Assembly (NCBI GenBank): GCA_973895155.1
Contig: OZ316892.1
Coordinates: 3,351,223 to 3,415,222 of the forward strand
Direction of reading: 5' to 3'
DNA length: 64,000 nt
Source: Marsupella aquatica
Taxonomy: Eukaryota; Plantae; Marchantiophyta
The notes under the pieces were generated by a model, which did not search any database, was not told where the DNA came from, and worked only from the letters and a program-made list of their open reading frames with translations. Both the position numbers and the translations under genes were made by a program. Each line of letters starts with the position of its first letter. Within the stretch, counting starts at the first letter, position 1. Shown here one piece after another: positions 11,829 through 25,592 of the stretch.

Positions 11829-12982
11829 GTTTGAACTGACTGACAAGTTGTCGTGTTGTCGGACAAGACAAACTTGTCATTTGTCGGCTCCAAAAGGGGT
11901 CAAATGTTGGATATTCACTTATATTTGGACAGGCCGGGGTCCGGGGCCGGGAAGGCCGGGTGTGTCCAACAACTTGTCATTTGTCGGCTCCAAAAGGGGT
12001 CAAATGTCGGATATTCACTTATATTCGGACAAGTTGGGGTCTGGGGCCGGGTGTGACACATGTCGGATGTCGGGGTCCAGACCCCTCATTTGTGGGACAG
12101 GTCCAAACCGGGTCTAGAAAGGGCTACCCATGTACTTGCTTATGGCAGGGCTTGGTCCAGATAGAATATGAGAGGGAATTTTAAAAAAGCAATAATGGGC
12201 CCACCGCACTTTGTAAAGAATAAAGACACCCTTACAAAACAATCTAAACCCAGGGATGGAGATCAAGTCGTGGTCGTTGAGATGACTACTATCTCTCTTG
12301 CGATGAGTTGAATTTCCTAACGTTCGAAGCTGCTGCACGGCACAATTCCCAATGTCTGATCCAATCAAGTGTGTGAAGCGATGGCGCACGACCAGCCACC
12401 AGATAGTCACATGCTGAACAGCAGAGCCGACGACCCAAGAAGAATCTGCATTGATCGCTTCCCCACTTGGCACTTGCCAATGCGGCTTTTGGAAAGCAAA
12501 AGGAGAACGCCTTTACCGGGTTCCTATGTCGTAAGAGCATTCCCACCAGTCCTGTAAAACAACCGGTCGGGGCCCATTTTGGCGGTTCTCCTCCCTCTGC
12601 CCAAAAATGAGTTGCCCACCAAGGGCCGACATTGCTCTGGCCGGTGAGGAGGCCCGCCTAAATTTGAGTGTGCTCCGTCACATTCGACCCATATTGGCGG
12701 GCCGTGGCCCCGTCGACCACCACTCGCCATCCAAATCCTGCGGTCAGCGTTGCCCAAAGGGGACCACTTGGACGACGATCTTCCATTGCCCCAGACCACC
12801 ATTTTCCCTCCGGATTGTGGTCGCTGCATCTTCCCACGCCCTGCTACAGTTCCCATTCGACTTTCTCGTGACTCCCTTTCTACAGTTCCCACTCGATTGA
12901 TCCTTCCCCTCGTGTTTGAGGTACTTTCTCGTGACTCCGTCGCTACTTGTACTGTTCAGCCCTCTGACATCCTCGCCTAGCA

Positions 12983-14018
12983 ATGGCAGAAGGTGGGAAA
13001 TCGAGAGGTTCCAATTTTGCAAAAGCTGAACTCAATCAGCTCTGCTACTCGTGGATGCATATCTCCTAGGATCCTATCGTAGGCTCTGCTCAAAAGAATC
13101 AGACATTTTGGGACCGGGTGGCACTACACTACAATTCGAATCGACCTGCAAGCACACAAGAGAGACCTAGCAGATCATTGGAGAGCAAGTGGGGCGAGTT
13201 GAAGCACGATGTCGCAAAAATTTTCTGGGACATATGCCACTGTAGTTGACTTGAGGATTTCGGGGACGAATGCTGATGACACATTGAAGAAGGCTCATGA
13301 ATTGTATGTGACCAAGCACCCGAAGAGCAAAAGCTTTCAGCACATTGATTGCTGGTATTTGCTGAAGGATTGCCCACGGTTTGTTGTGGTAGTGGAGGAC
13401 ATGGCCAGCAAGGAGAAGGGCAAGGGCAAGGGCAAAGGGAATGCCAACAAGGAGAATGCGCCTCCTAATGCACAACAGCCTGAAGTTGTTGTGTTGGATA
13501 CCAATAGCTTTGATTCAGTGGAAGTAGATGAAGGCAACAGCAGGCCAGTTTCGCTCCAGGCAAATGGTAGGCCGATTGGAAACAAGACAGCCAAGAAATT
13601 GAGAGGGGAGGAGTGTGCCATGAGAATTGCTGCTTGTGCCCAACGAGACATGGTGGGACTGAACTCGAAGAGATTGAAATTGATGGCAGAACAAAACCTT
13701 CAGAACTTGTTTGCATTCAAGGCTGCAGATATTGATGAGGGCTGTAGGGAGTACTTTGTCATGAGCAGAAGACGGGAGCTCCAGAAATGGAAGGCTGAAT
13801 TGGCTGACAAAATTGAGGACGAGAACAGAGCTTCAAGGAGATCTGCAGCAAGATCGCCACTGCCTTCACCTGACGAAAGTTCTAGCCATACAGTGCAGGA
13901 TCCTACCCTTTCAACAGAAGCAGATTTGGCTCAACAATTTGCTGAACAGGAATCCTCACCAGAAGTGGCAATTGGCCGGGTAGTGGATAATGACGAGCCA
14001 GCATGGATGAGAGATTAG
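12983..14018 (+). pseudogene. Harbinger ORF1, Myb/SANT-like DNA-binding protein
   Basis: MAEGGKSRGSNFAKAELNQLCYSWMHIS*DPIVGSAQKNQTFWDRV...SLESKW, then FQHIDCWYLLKDCPRF and RPIGNKTAK; TAG at 13067-13069 and a frameshift near 13215-13225. Confidence 0.88.
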
Positions 14019-14187
14019 ATTTTTTGTAGGAATGTCCATGACTCCTGCTGCATCTCGCTTTTGTATGATTCATACATGATTCTCCTATACAGTCAAAAAT
14101 TGTATTTCAGAAAGGAGCCACGGAAATAAAGTTGCTTTGTATTACTTTGAGATTATGAATCCTTGGATTCAAGTACAATTTTTGAAT

Positions 14188-15537
14188 CTAATCTTGATTC
14201 CCAACATACTCAAATCGGTGTCCCTGCCCTTTAAGATTCCACAAGTGAGCCACTAAATCATTGCGTAGCATAAAGTGAGTCTCAGTATCTTCAATCACTA
14301 TGGTCACATTCAAATACTCCTGCCAATCTGAGGATGGCAACCTCTGCCCTTCTCTGGACCTGGCCCTTCCACTATAGTCCCAATCAAATGGTAGACGGTC
14401 CAATCTTTCATCTTCCACAATCATATTGCACGGAGGATCACACAGGCAAGCAACACATCTTTAATATCACTTTGCTGGTGCATCCTGACAGGGTTTCGCA
14501 CAATTGCAAATCGTTGCTGCAAAACACCGAAAGCTCTTTCAACATCCTTTCTTGCTCCTTCTTGGCATTTTGCAAACCAACACCTTGCATCTCCCTGAGG
14601 CATGGCAATGGTTTCCCAAATATGGACCAGTCTGGGTAAATTCCATCAGTGAGAAGGTAGTACCTAGAATATTGGCGCCCATTCACTGTGAATTGTACAT
14701 CATTTGCCTCACTCCTCAAGAAATTGTTGACTAGAGGGGATCTATCCAAACATTCAAATCATTATTGCCACCAGGAAGCCCAAAATACGCATGCCAGATC
14801 CACAAGGACTGGTCGGCTACAGCCTCAAGCACAATGAATTTTTCTCCACCTTTGTTTGTGAAGAGGCCCTGCCAAGCAACAGGGCAATTCTTCCAGACAT
14901 AGTGCATACAATCCAATGAAGCGAACATGCCTGGAAATCCTCTATGCTCATTGATGGAAAATTGGGTTTCCATGTCCTCCTTGGTTGGCTGTCGTAGGTA
15001 CTGGTCCTGGAAGTTAATTCGAATAGCCTTGCAAAACAATTTCAAAGAGAGCATAGCTGTGCTTTCTCCAATCCTCACATATTCATCCAAAGCATCAGCT
15101 GAGACTCCCAAAGCCAACATACGAAGAGCAGCAGTACATTTCTGAATTGAAGAGAGGCCCATGACTCCTGCTGCATCTTGCTTTTGTATGAAATACCTCT
15201 CAGATGCACAGACAGCATCATGAATCCTCCAGAAAAGGGGCCTTCGCATCCTATATCTCCTCCTAAACCGTCTTTCGTCAAATGTAGGATTTTCGCTAAA
15301 GTAATCGTTCCAGATCCTATCATGGCCTGATGCCCTATTACGATCAATGTTTGGGCGTTTGCCTGGTCTTGATCCACCTCGCCCAAGAAGAACCGAGCTC
15401 TGTCTCCAGTATGTCATCAAAGCCAAAGGGCCACACATGGTGATTTGCTCCCAGAACTCCATATCTTCGTCGTACTCTCGTTGGCTCTCCTCAATTTGCC
15501 TTCTCAATCTCTTCCTCAATTCTCCGTTTCCAGCCAT
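14188..15537 (-). pseudogene. Harbinger/PIF (HARBI1-like) DDE transposase, frameshifted
   Basis: FRRRYRMRRPLF, GFPGMFASLDCMH, WKNCP, LWIWHAYFGLPGGNNDLNV, YLLTDGIYP, RKDVERAFGVLQQRF, LRNDLVAHLW, spread over four ORF segments. Confidence 0.93.
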
Positions 15538-17728
15538 CGTCTCCGAGTCGCCACAGCTCAGGCCTTCTACTCCTCGATTCAATTCCCAAGCAGATGGCTT
15601 TTGTTCTCGACAGTCAATGCACGTCAAGAGCTCTTTTCTTCACACTCGACTTGTGTATTTGAATGTGCTCACGATTCTTGCGCGAAAGAGAGGAGATGCG
15701 GACGACTGTGGTCTCCCCACAGTTTCACGAATATGACGTCTGTTAGTCTGTTTTTACCGGTACCGGTGGGGAATAGTTGGGCCCGGGAAACTCATTAGGA
15801 CACCGGGGACGTTACTGCCCGCCAAGTACCAGTATACAGGCCAGTTTTTAGCGAGACCAGTGGGAATGCCCTAACAACAGCAGTACAGCACCGTTCAAGG
15901 CAAGAGTGGGAACTGGGAAGTCCCTTAAAGGTATCATAATGACAAATATGATGAAATTCTGTATGGTACCAGGGCAGAAGGCAAAGACAATCCGGCAGGA
16001 AAAACGTTCCTAGAGGTCCGAAAAGCTAAACAACTAAAAGGCTGAGCTGAGCTTAGATTAGATGAGATTCCAAACAGTAAATGAATTGGAATAAAGGTAA
16101 ACAATGAATTGTTTTCTAATTTCCAGACTGGCTTAATTTCCAATGTAGAACACTCTATTAGTGTTGAATGACGGAGAGTCAGTAGACAGATTCCTTCATT
16201 TACTTTATTTCTGAACAAACCACTGTAATTTGCGAAGCTGAGAAAGAAATACGAAACCCCTGTAGCTTCCGAAGACAATCTGGGCACCCCCCCTCTCCAG
16301 TTTAGGGCTTGGGGTGACTTCCGATGACTTTTTAAAGCGTGGGACGAGTAAGTTCAAAAATCCCTCAATCGACTGTAGCTGTGGCCCACTGAATCTGGAT
16401 GAGGGGTGGGCCCGTTCGATTATTGCTTCCAGAGTCCCAGGTGTGGATTCTGTTACGTTCGACGCGGCTTATAAAGCACTAATTAAGTTGGGGAGTGTGA
16501 GACAGTGAGCGAGAGCATGGACAGTGCAAAACTGATCTCGACAAGGCTCTCTGCCCACTTCTTACGAACTGGTCTACGTGTTCCAGTCTCATTCATGGTC
16601 GGCAGTCGTTGTGTCCGAAATTCGCTGTGACTCCAGCGACAGTACATTGCATTGAGTTGCACTCTGGGATGATCAAAGACCCACAACTCTCAACTTGATT
16701 TCGTCTAGAGCCTTGGGAGAATGGGTGAGCGACTTGGTGCGCAACGTGCTTGAAATGAGATCGGATGGAGTGACAGCAAGAGCAAGGGAGAGGTGTCCGG
16801 AGCTTAGCTAGTTGGAGTCTGGCAACTAGAACAGATCATGTTAAGATGAAGTCGTGACTTAACAAACCATAAAGCTTAATGTGGAGAGGTAGAGTGCGCT
16901 TGCAGGAAAATCTTTTGTGCCCACAAATGAAGGCACAACTCATAGTGAAAGCAATTTGGCAACGGCACAGATACCCGCACAGAGAGCTGATAGGCAAATG
17001 TCTGGATTTGTTTAAAGAAATCCGTATTCTAAATTTCTCCGTAGGACTATGACGGGCAAGTGACATAATAGAACAGTTAAAGAGTTCCCTTTGTTGCATT
17101 AGCAGATTGGAAGGAGCGAGAGTGTCAGTCAGACGTAGAGACTGAATGAATGAAATGGAAATCAACGTCGACTAAAACCTTATTCGGGCCCAAATGTCTG
17201 TAGAGTCTGTTGAGTTTGGGCACTCAGTTACTTAGATGGAAACTACAACGAGATGATCTCGAACTGGTCTCGAAGAATTCTGTTGATCTCGAACTCGGGT
17301 CACGACTACCTTTCGGTGTCCAATGATCTGACCACTTCATTCTGCTGGACCGTGTGCAGGGATCGATCACATTGTATGAATGAGGTCTAGATACTTACAT
17401 TGTAAATGTCACTGGTTCCAGGATGGACATTGTTGGATTGATTTGTCGCTGAGCAAATGTGCGTAGATTTCGATTTTGTGGGTTCTATCTAGCTACTTTA
17501 GCCAGCCAAAGCAGGGAAAGTTCCCGCCTAATGCATCCAATTGACGTAATTTTTCCAGACTGAGACGGATTTATCCTCACTTGGCGAATGAGTTGTTGAT
17601 GCGATGGCTGATTCTGTGACTGCCTTCCGTGACGTGTAGGCAAAAGAACGGGGTTTACCACTTCTTCCGAGAAACTATGCGATTAACCTGCTAGACACAG
17701 GAGAAGTGGCAAGAGCGGGATATTAATA

Positions 17729-20700
17729 ATGGTTGCGACCGAAGACAGGGGCGAGAAGCCCAAGGACTCAGGGCAGGCTCGGCTGGAGGAGCTAGGCTAC
17801 AAGCAATTGCTGAATCGAGATCTTGGGTGCGTCTCTTCGAAGTTTCCATGTGTGCTCCTTCCCTATGATGGGCAGGGAATCATTTCTTTCCATAGGTCAC
17901 CAGCAAGTGGAAACTAAGTGCGGCGAGAATCAATCACTTTTCCTACTCAATGTTTAATCGCCTTCTGTTCGCTTCCATTCCTTTGTGATCCCGCTGGAGA
18001 AACGTTCAATGAATTGACTCACTTGGTATAATTGTACTGGGGTCTGAATAATTTGAGCAAGTAGTCTATGAGATGATCACCACGGTTTAGAAGATCGGAA
18101 GACTTATTTAAGTGCCAAAATGCTGAAAGTCGGGGCAAACATACAGTTTCATGTCTTGATTTTCGGTCACAGTGAACTTTAGTGCATCATTCCTAGGAGA
18201 GGTTTCTCTGAGAAACTAAGCAAAGGCGTGGACTATCTGACAAATGCAGTGTAAAATGCCTGCAGGAGACCTCTTTAAAATTCTGTTTGGATCAAATTAA
18301 TCTACAAAAGTTCAGATGCCTTTCCGAAAGACAGCAAAATTTTCTTTTTCTATTGTTAGTCAGGTTAATGAAAGAGACGTGCATATTTTCAATAGTTCAA
18401 AATCCCTAGTTGTGACGTTCTTCTGAGTATGATGATGTCCAACTGTACCTTGATTGTGGTGTTCTTGTTGCAGGGTGATTTCCAACTTTGCCTTCTCATT
18501 TACCCTCATCGCCATATTGGCGGGCATCTCCATTCTTTATAGCACGGGGCTAAGATATGGAGGACCCATTTCAATGGTGTACGGGTGGGCTATCGCAGGG
18601 TTCTTTAATCTCTGTGTGGCTGTCTCCATGGCTGAGATCTGCTCTGCTTTTCCTACTTCAGGCGGTCTTTACTACTGGAGTTATCAGCTCTGTGGGCCAT
18701 CCTGGGGACCCTTTGCTTCATGGATGACTGGATGGTGAGTGGGTTCCTTTAAATGTAATTAGAAATACTTTCCACACCTACCGGAAGGATTTTATATAAT
18801 TTATCTCCATGCCACACAATATGCCGAATCCCTAGTGACATATATGAATGTGATTGATCTTTTATTGTCACTTTCTATATGTTGACCAATTACCCTGAAC
18901 GTCAGTGACCTCTAACATAAATTACCTCTAACATAGATACGACTGCATCCATTGCAACATTGCAGGTTTAATGTGGTTGGCCAGGTCAGTCACACTTCAT
19001 CACACCTCTTTTGTTCACTTACTTTTGTAGGTGAACAAAAGCAATTGCAATACATTTGACGCAATGCTGTTCTACCCATCCTAATATCAGCTTAGCTACT
19101 AATGGGACTTATAACGATACAACTTTAAATATTTTGTGGCGTCTGAAGACAAAACTCGCCATCCTCTGCACTACTGATTAGGATGTAACTGGTGAATGAT
19201 GCAGTGGGCAGTGACAGCCAGTGGGGAGTTTTCCATGGCAACTTTGTTGCAAGCCATGATATTACTTTCCACAGGAGGATTAAATGGAGGCGGATACTAT
19301 GCATCCAAGTATCTTGTACTTGCTTTCCATGCTGGCTTTTTGTTTATGCATGCTCTCCTCAACAGCTTGTCTATTACGGTTCTCGCCTACCTGGGAAGCC
19401 TGGCCTCACTTTGGAATCTTGTTGGTATGTCTCTCACTTGAAATAAACTGGACCAGGTTGATTATAATTCTCTAGTTCCTTCTCGTACCTAGAAATCAAT
19501 CACAAGGTCGACTGGTGTTTTTATCAATTATTACAAATGAAGGCCCTACGCTGTCTTCCCCTCATGATCCTTCTAAAACATAAGTCATGGATGGGTGATG
19601 TTTCTACAGATTGCATCATCCCCTTCATAGAGCTCTGACAGCCTTCATCATCTCTTTTTCCAGGAGTTTTCGTCTTGATGATCTTGATTCCGCTAGTTTC
19701 AACTAAACGACAGAGTGTTGAGTCCGTATTTACATCTTTGAACACCGACACTGGTGCCGGAATTCACAGCAAACCTTACATCTTTATATTGGGAATGTTG
19801 ATATGGCCATTTGCTTTTGTCGGCTATGATATGTCTGCGCATATGGTAATCTTTCTCATGAACTTTGTTTATTCCTGGATTGCACCTGGGTAAAAGCCCT
19901 CCAGGTTAAGTTCTACAGAAATTCGTTCCTTCAATTATTATTGTAGACAGTTCAATTTAAGTGTACTCAAGTCTTTAAGGCAGCAATGTTTTGTGTGTAT
20001 GTAGACAGAAGAGACCAAAGCCTCGGATAGAAACGGAGCTTATGGCATCTTGAGTGCCGTAACTACCTCGAGTATAGTCGGTTTGGGCTATCTGTTGGGC
20101 CTCGTCTTCGGCACTCCAGATCCACAGTCTGCCCTTGATCCAGGAAATGATGCAGGAGGCTATGCCATAGGCCAAGTGTTTTATGATGCCTTCCACAGTA
20201 GGTATGGAAATGGAACGGGGGGCATAATCTGCCTGGGTGCCGTGGGTGGTGCCATCTGGTTCGCTACCCTGGCCGCAATCACAAGCAATTCAAGGTACAC
20301 AAGTTTACTGGAATGTTTCCTGCCCTGTGAGGAATCTAACTACCATTTTCGACAGTTGTTCGGGTTGAAAGTTCGACGTGATCATTCTCTGGTGTATCAA
20401 TGCTCGCAGGATGGTCTTTGCTTTCTCTAGAGATGGTGCCATGCCCTTCTCAAAACTTTGGCACAGAGTGGACAGAAGACAAGTTCCGCTGAACGCAGTG
20501 TGGCTATCTGCTCTCGTGGCCTTGCTCGTCGCAGTTCCGGTAGGAACTTGCCTTTCCTTTTACCGTTAAACACACTGAAATTGAGATCCTATAGCAATTG
20601 CAATTGATTTCCTGACCCTTGTTAAGAGAGCTGATGATAAGAGTGACTGATGGTGGCCATTCTGCCATGCATTGGTAAGTCTAGTTACCATGGTTTCTGT

Positions 20701-21297
20701 TGGAACGAGGTACTATCTAGAGCTCAGTTCCACGAACATCTTATTGCCACGTTTGCATACTAACGGTTCTGAATATCTAACGTTTGCATCTTATTGCCAC
20801 GTTTGCATTCTTGTCGTGGTTCTACCGTCACATACCAAGTGGTGTCCATAAGGTTATTGGTTTGCTAAACTGTCCTGGACAAGTCTCAGGCTCTAATTTC
20901 TTGGCTGGCGCTTGTGGTGCAGTCACTGGGAAGTGCTGTGGCATTTCAAGCCATGGTTTCCATTGCGACTGTCGCGTTATACATTTCGTATGCATTGCCA
21001 ACCTTGTTCCGAGTCACTGTGGCACGCAATACATTCATTCCGGGGCCCTTTGCTCTGGGCAAGCGTCTCAGCCTCTTCATCGGTTGGATGTCCGTCCTTT
21101 GGGTCCTCGCCTTGACGATCATGTTTTGCTTACCTGTTGCCTTTCCTATTACCTCCCAGACACTGAACTACACACCTGTTGCAGTTGGGGCCGTACTTGT
21201 GTTAACTCTCGGTTCCTGGGTTCTTTATGCTAGAAGATGGTTCAAAGGCCCTGTTAGAACATTACAGAAGGCAGACAATGGTTTAGGGCACATCTGA
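17729..21297 (+). CDS. BAT1-like amino acid/GABA permease (APC superfamily), copy 1, 8 exons
   Basis: Exons 17729-17826, 18474-18734, 18966-18984, 19205-19424, 19664-19845, 20005-20294, 20410-20539, 20923-21297, all with GT-AG introns; motifs DSGQARLEELGYKQ, SMAEICSAFPTSGGLYYW, GYDMSAHMTEETK, AFSRDGAMPFS, LNYTPVA, ARRWFKGP. Confidence 0.93.
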
Positions 21298-22117
21298 CGC
21301 TCCGTCTTTCAACGGGATACTCTGGGTCTCCTGAAATAGTTGATACCTGTACGTGAACACATGTATAATAAATATTACACCACGTGCAATTTGGCATCTG
21401 AATTTGCAATTTTCAACATCATTACAATTCGCACCCTCTCTAGCCACTGATGCAATGGATATATCTCTGGATGTGGTACTAGTCAGATTTGACAATCTCC
21501 CTCGGGTACTATCTAAACTGTGGGCTCAGTTTCGCGAAACATCTTGCTGCTACCTTTGCATACCAAGGGGTGTCGTCAGATATTAGCTCTATCCTAAGAT
21601 TCGAGGTCCTTAAAGAATTTCCTCGTCAACTCCACAATCAGGTGTACATTCGATCGTGTACTGGCTTTGATGGGGCTTTCCAGTTGCAAATCGGAAAGTC
21701 CAATGGAGCATGAAGATGAGCCTTCCCAGTTATTGGCCGGGCAAGAGATCTGGGACAGCTGTTTCTGAAAGCTCAACGGCTACCAAAATTTTCTTCATTG
21801 TTTTCCTGCACAGACAATGGCCTTCTTGAGAATTTTCGTACTGAAATGCCTGACCCCTATGTTAATCGGGTCAACACTCTTCTACTGTTGCACCCGTTCC
21901 AATTATACACCCAGATCCAATGGACGAGGTCACTAATTGCGAACTTTCCCAACCTCATTTTTGGCCCACAGTGTGCTATTCAATTGACTTGTCCTGCCAG
22001 CCTAACATTGAATCATATTTCCTACCCAAACTCCTGAGCAGGCAGACAGGACTCACAGGATACTCTACATTTGTTGACGCCGTGGAGATTTTCCTTGCAT
22101 CACCGTCTTTTCAATGT

Positions 22118-23843
<1,726 letters not shown>

Positions 23844-24523
23844 TCACCTCCGCAACACCTGCTTAGAGAAGGAACCAGCTCAATCTTAAAATCAAGAGAA
23901 CACAAGAAGGAAAACAACACACCCAAACCCACCGCGACACTCGCCGCAGGGAAACAACGATAAAATACCCTGCAACAGAGAGTAACAGTGAACCCTGTGA
24001 CGATTTAGGTCTCAATGAGTGACATAGGTCAGTAGCTGGTAAGATGACGCCTCGTAAGACAGTACCCTTGCTTCAGTTAGAAAATTTCCGGAATCCTGCA
24101 GACCGCTATCATGGAAGCATATGTAAACTAGGGTTTTATACAGACGCAGATGACGAAATTGAACAAATCTCAACAGAAATAAATGGTGCAGCGCCGACGT
24201 CACCTGTGGATAGTAGAAAACTCGTGCAAAGAATCGCGGCTGGTCACCACGAACACCTCTCGATTTTCCTCCAAACAGAACCTCGTCCGATGCAGAACTC
24301 CTGGGAAAAGAGAGTCACGTCACGGTATTTTGCAGGAAACGTAGTTTGCGCTGTGCCTTGCTGCGATCACTCCAAGCCGATCCTGAATCAGACGAATCGA
24401 AGTTCTTTCATCGGCACTTCGTGGTCGTGGACTAGTGAGCAGAAGGTTTCCCGAGTGCGGTGCTCGAGTGTGAAGAGGAAGCTTAGCGCGGGAGCATTAT
24501 ACTCGGAGTTTGAAGCTTGAGGG

Positions 24524-24531
24524 TAGGGTTT
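24524..24531 (-). promoter_or_regulatory. Telo-box (AAACCCTA) upstream of RuvB-like 2; a second copy at 24129-24136
   Basis: TAGGGTTT on + strand; telo-boxes are known from promoters and 5' regions of plant ribosome-biogenesis and cell-cycle genes. Confidence 0.45.
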
Positions 24532-25298
24532 TGGGTTTAGAGTTCACGGCAGCGTTCCATGAGCCCTCAAAGGGATGAGCCCTTGATTAATCTCCAGGAG
24601 CATCGGGCAAGATGTGAGTCCTTCATTATTAATTTATTATTAAATCATTTTTTGTTTCAGGGCTGCCCCTAGAAGTTATAAGGGAGGGGATGTTTAGGGT
24701 TCAGGGTCACCAGAGCCTTAGGCTATGTTTTCATATGTTCATGCCAGCGTATTTTCAAGGTTTATTATTTTTAGCGAGTGTGGCAAATGTTGCCTGCTAG
24801 GAGATTCTCCTATCAGATTTTACTGCATTACATCAGGACCGTCGGATATCATTCCATAGATTTAAGGAGAAACATTAGATTCTGGTGAAATGGGGTTCAT
24901 GATTTGGTGAAAAAGTGACGAATGGTGTTAAAAAAAATATAGCAAATATTAGCCAGAAGTGGCAAACATTTGTTTGGGAGGTGGAATTTAGCAAAAAATT
25001 GCACTTAAAAATAGGCTAGTTCATGCCCTCAACTCATAACTGTATCTAAGTATAAAGAGCTACTACTAAGTTTCATTATAAAGTGCACAGGTTTAGGAAT
25101 GGGGTAATGGGCTTGAGTTCCACAAAAGATGGCTAGTGCAATACTTTTATGGTAATATAGTGTTCACCACAAAACAGAATGGGCTTGAATTCCACAAATT
25201 AAAGATGGTTAGTGCTCCACCTGTTATGGTGAAATAATGTTCACCACAAAAGTGAATGAGAAATAGTGAGGGAGTGAATGGGGCTTTTATGTGGACAG

Positions 25299-25592
25299 TG
25301 TTGGGGATAATCCCTATCCCGAGACACCATGCACATGTGAACACCATACAAAGTAGTCGACACAGCAAGTACGTGGTGCATCTCATGACCGAGGCTACGT
25401 CCACGGGAAAGCAAGAGACCTTTACTTCTTTATTGCTCAACTCCAACAATGAACTGAAGATCCACGAGGGACTGGCACCAGCCCTGGATATATACACAAC
25501 AACACTACTGTTAACCTTAGCTAAGTCTTAACCTGAGTTAGACTAACTACGGTTAGCTATAGAGTCACAAGACTAAGAGAAATACCTTAACA
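25299..25592 (-). mobile_element. Solo LTR (294 bp) of a copia family related to the element at 5331-11828
   Basis: On the minus strand it starts TGTTAAGGTATTTCTCTTA, ends CAACA and carries AGTAAAGGTCTCTTGCTTTCCCGTGGACGTAGCCTC...CACCACGTACTTGCTGTGTCGACTA, matching the young LTR R/U5; flanks GACAG and GACAA (4/5 TSD). Confidence 0.85.

Larger units (their letters stand above)
5322..12112. mobile_element. ~290-bp hAT-like MITE (5322-5330 joined to 11834-12112) split by the copia insertion
   Basis: Removing the copia restores left end CCTGGTTTGAAC; the right end reverse-complements to CCCGGTTTGGAC. TCTAGAAA is directly repeated at 5314-5321 and 12113-12120. Internal 100-bp-period duplication at 11871 and 11971. 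Confidence 0.7.
12535..15871. mobile_element. PIF/Harbinger DNA transposon with complete ends and two convergent ORFs, both disabled
   Basis: TIRs GAGCATTCCCACCAGTC and (rc) GGGCATTCCCACTGGTC; TAA TSD at 12532-12534 and 15872-15874; Myb-like ORF on +, DDE transposase on -. Confidence 0.93.

Noticed and set aside
16314-16830. Short ORFs and miR156/535/408-like purine strings (GACAGTGAGCGAGAGCATGG, TGACAGCAAGAGCAAGGGAG)
   Set aside because: Several mismatches to the known miRNAs and no complementary hairpin arm found
24044-24520. 158-aa plus-strand ORF divergent from RUVBL2
   Set aside because: No recognisable domain; more likely the antisense of the RUVBL2 5' leader and promoter
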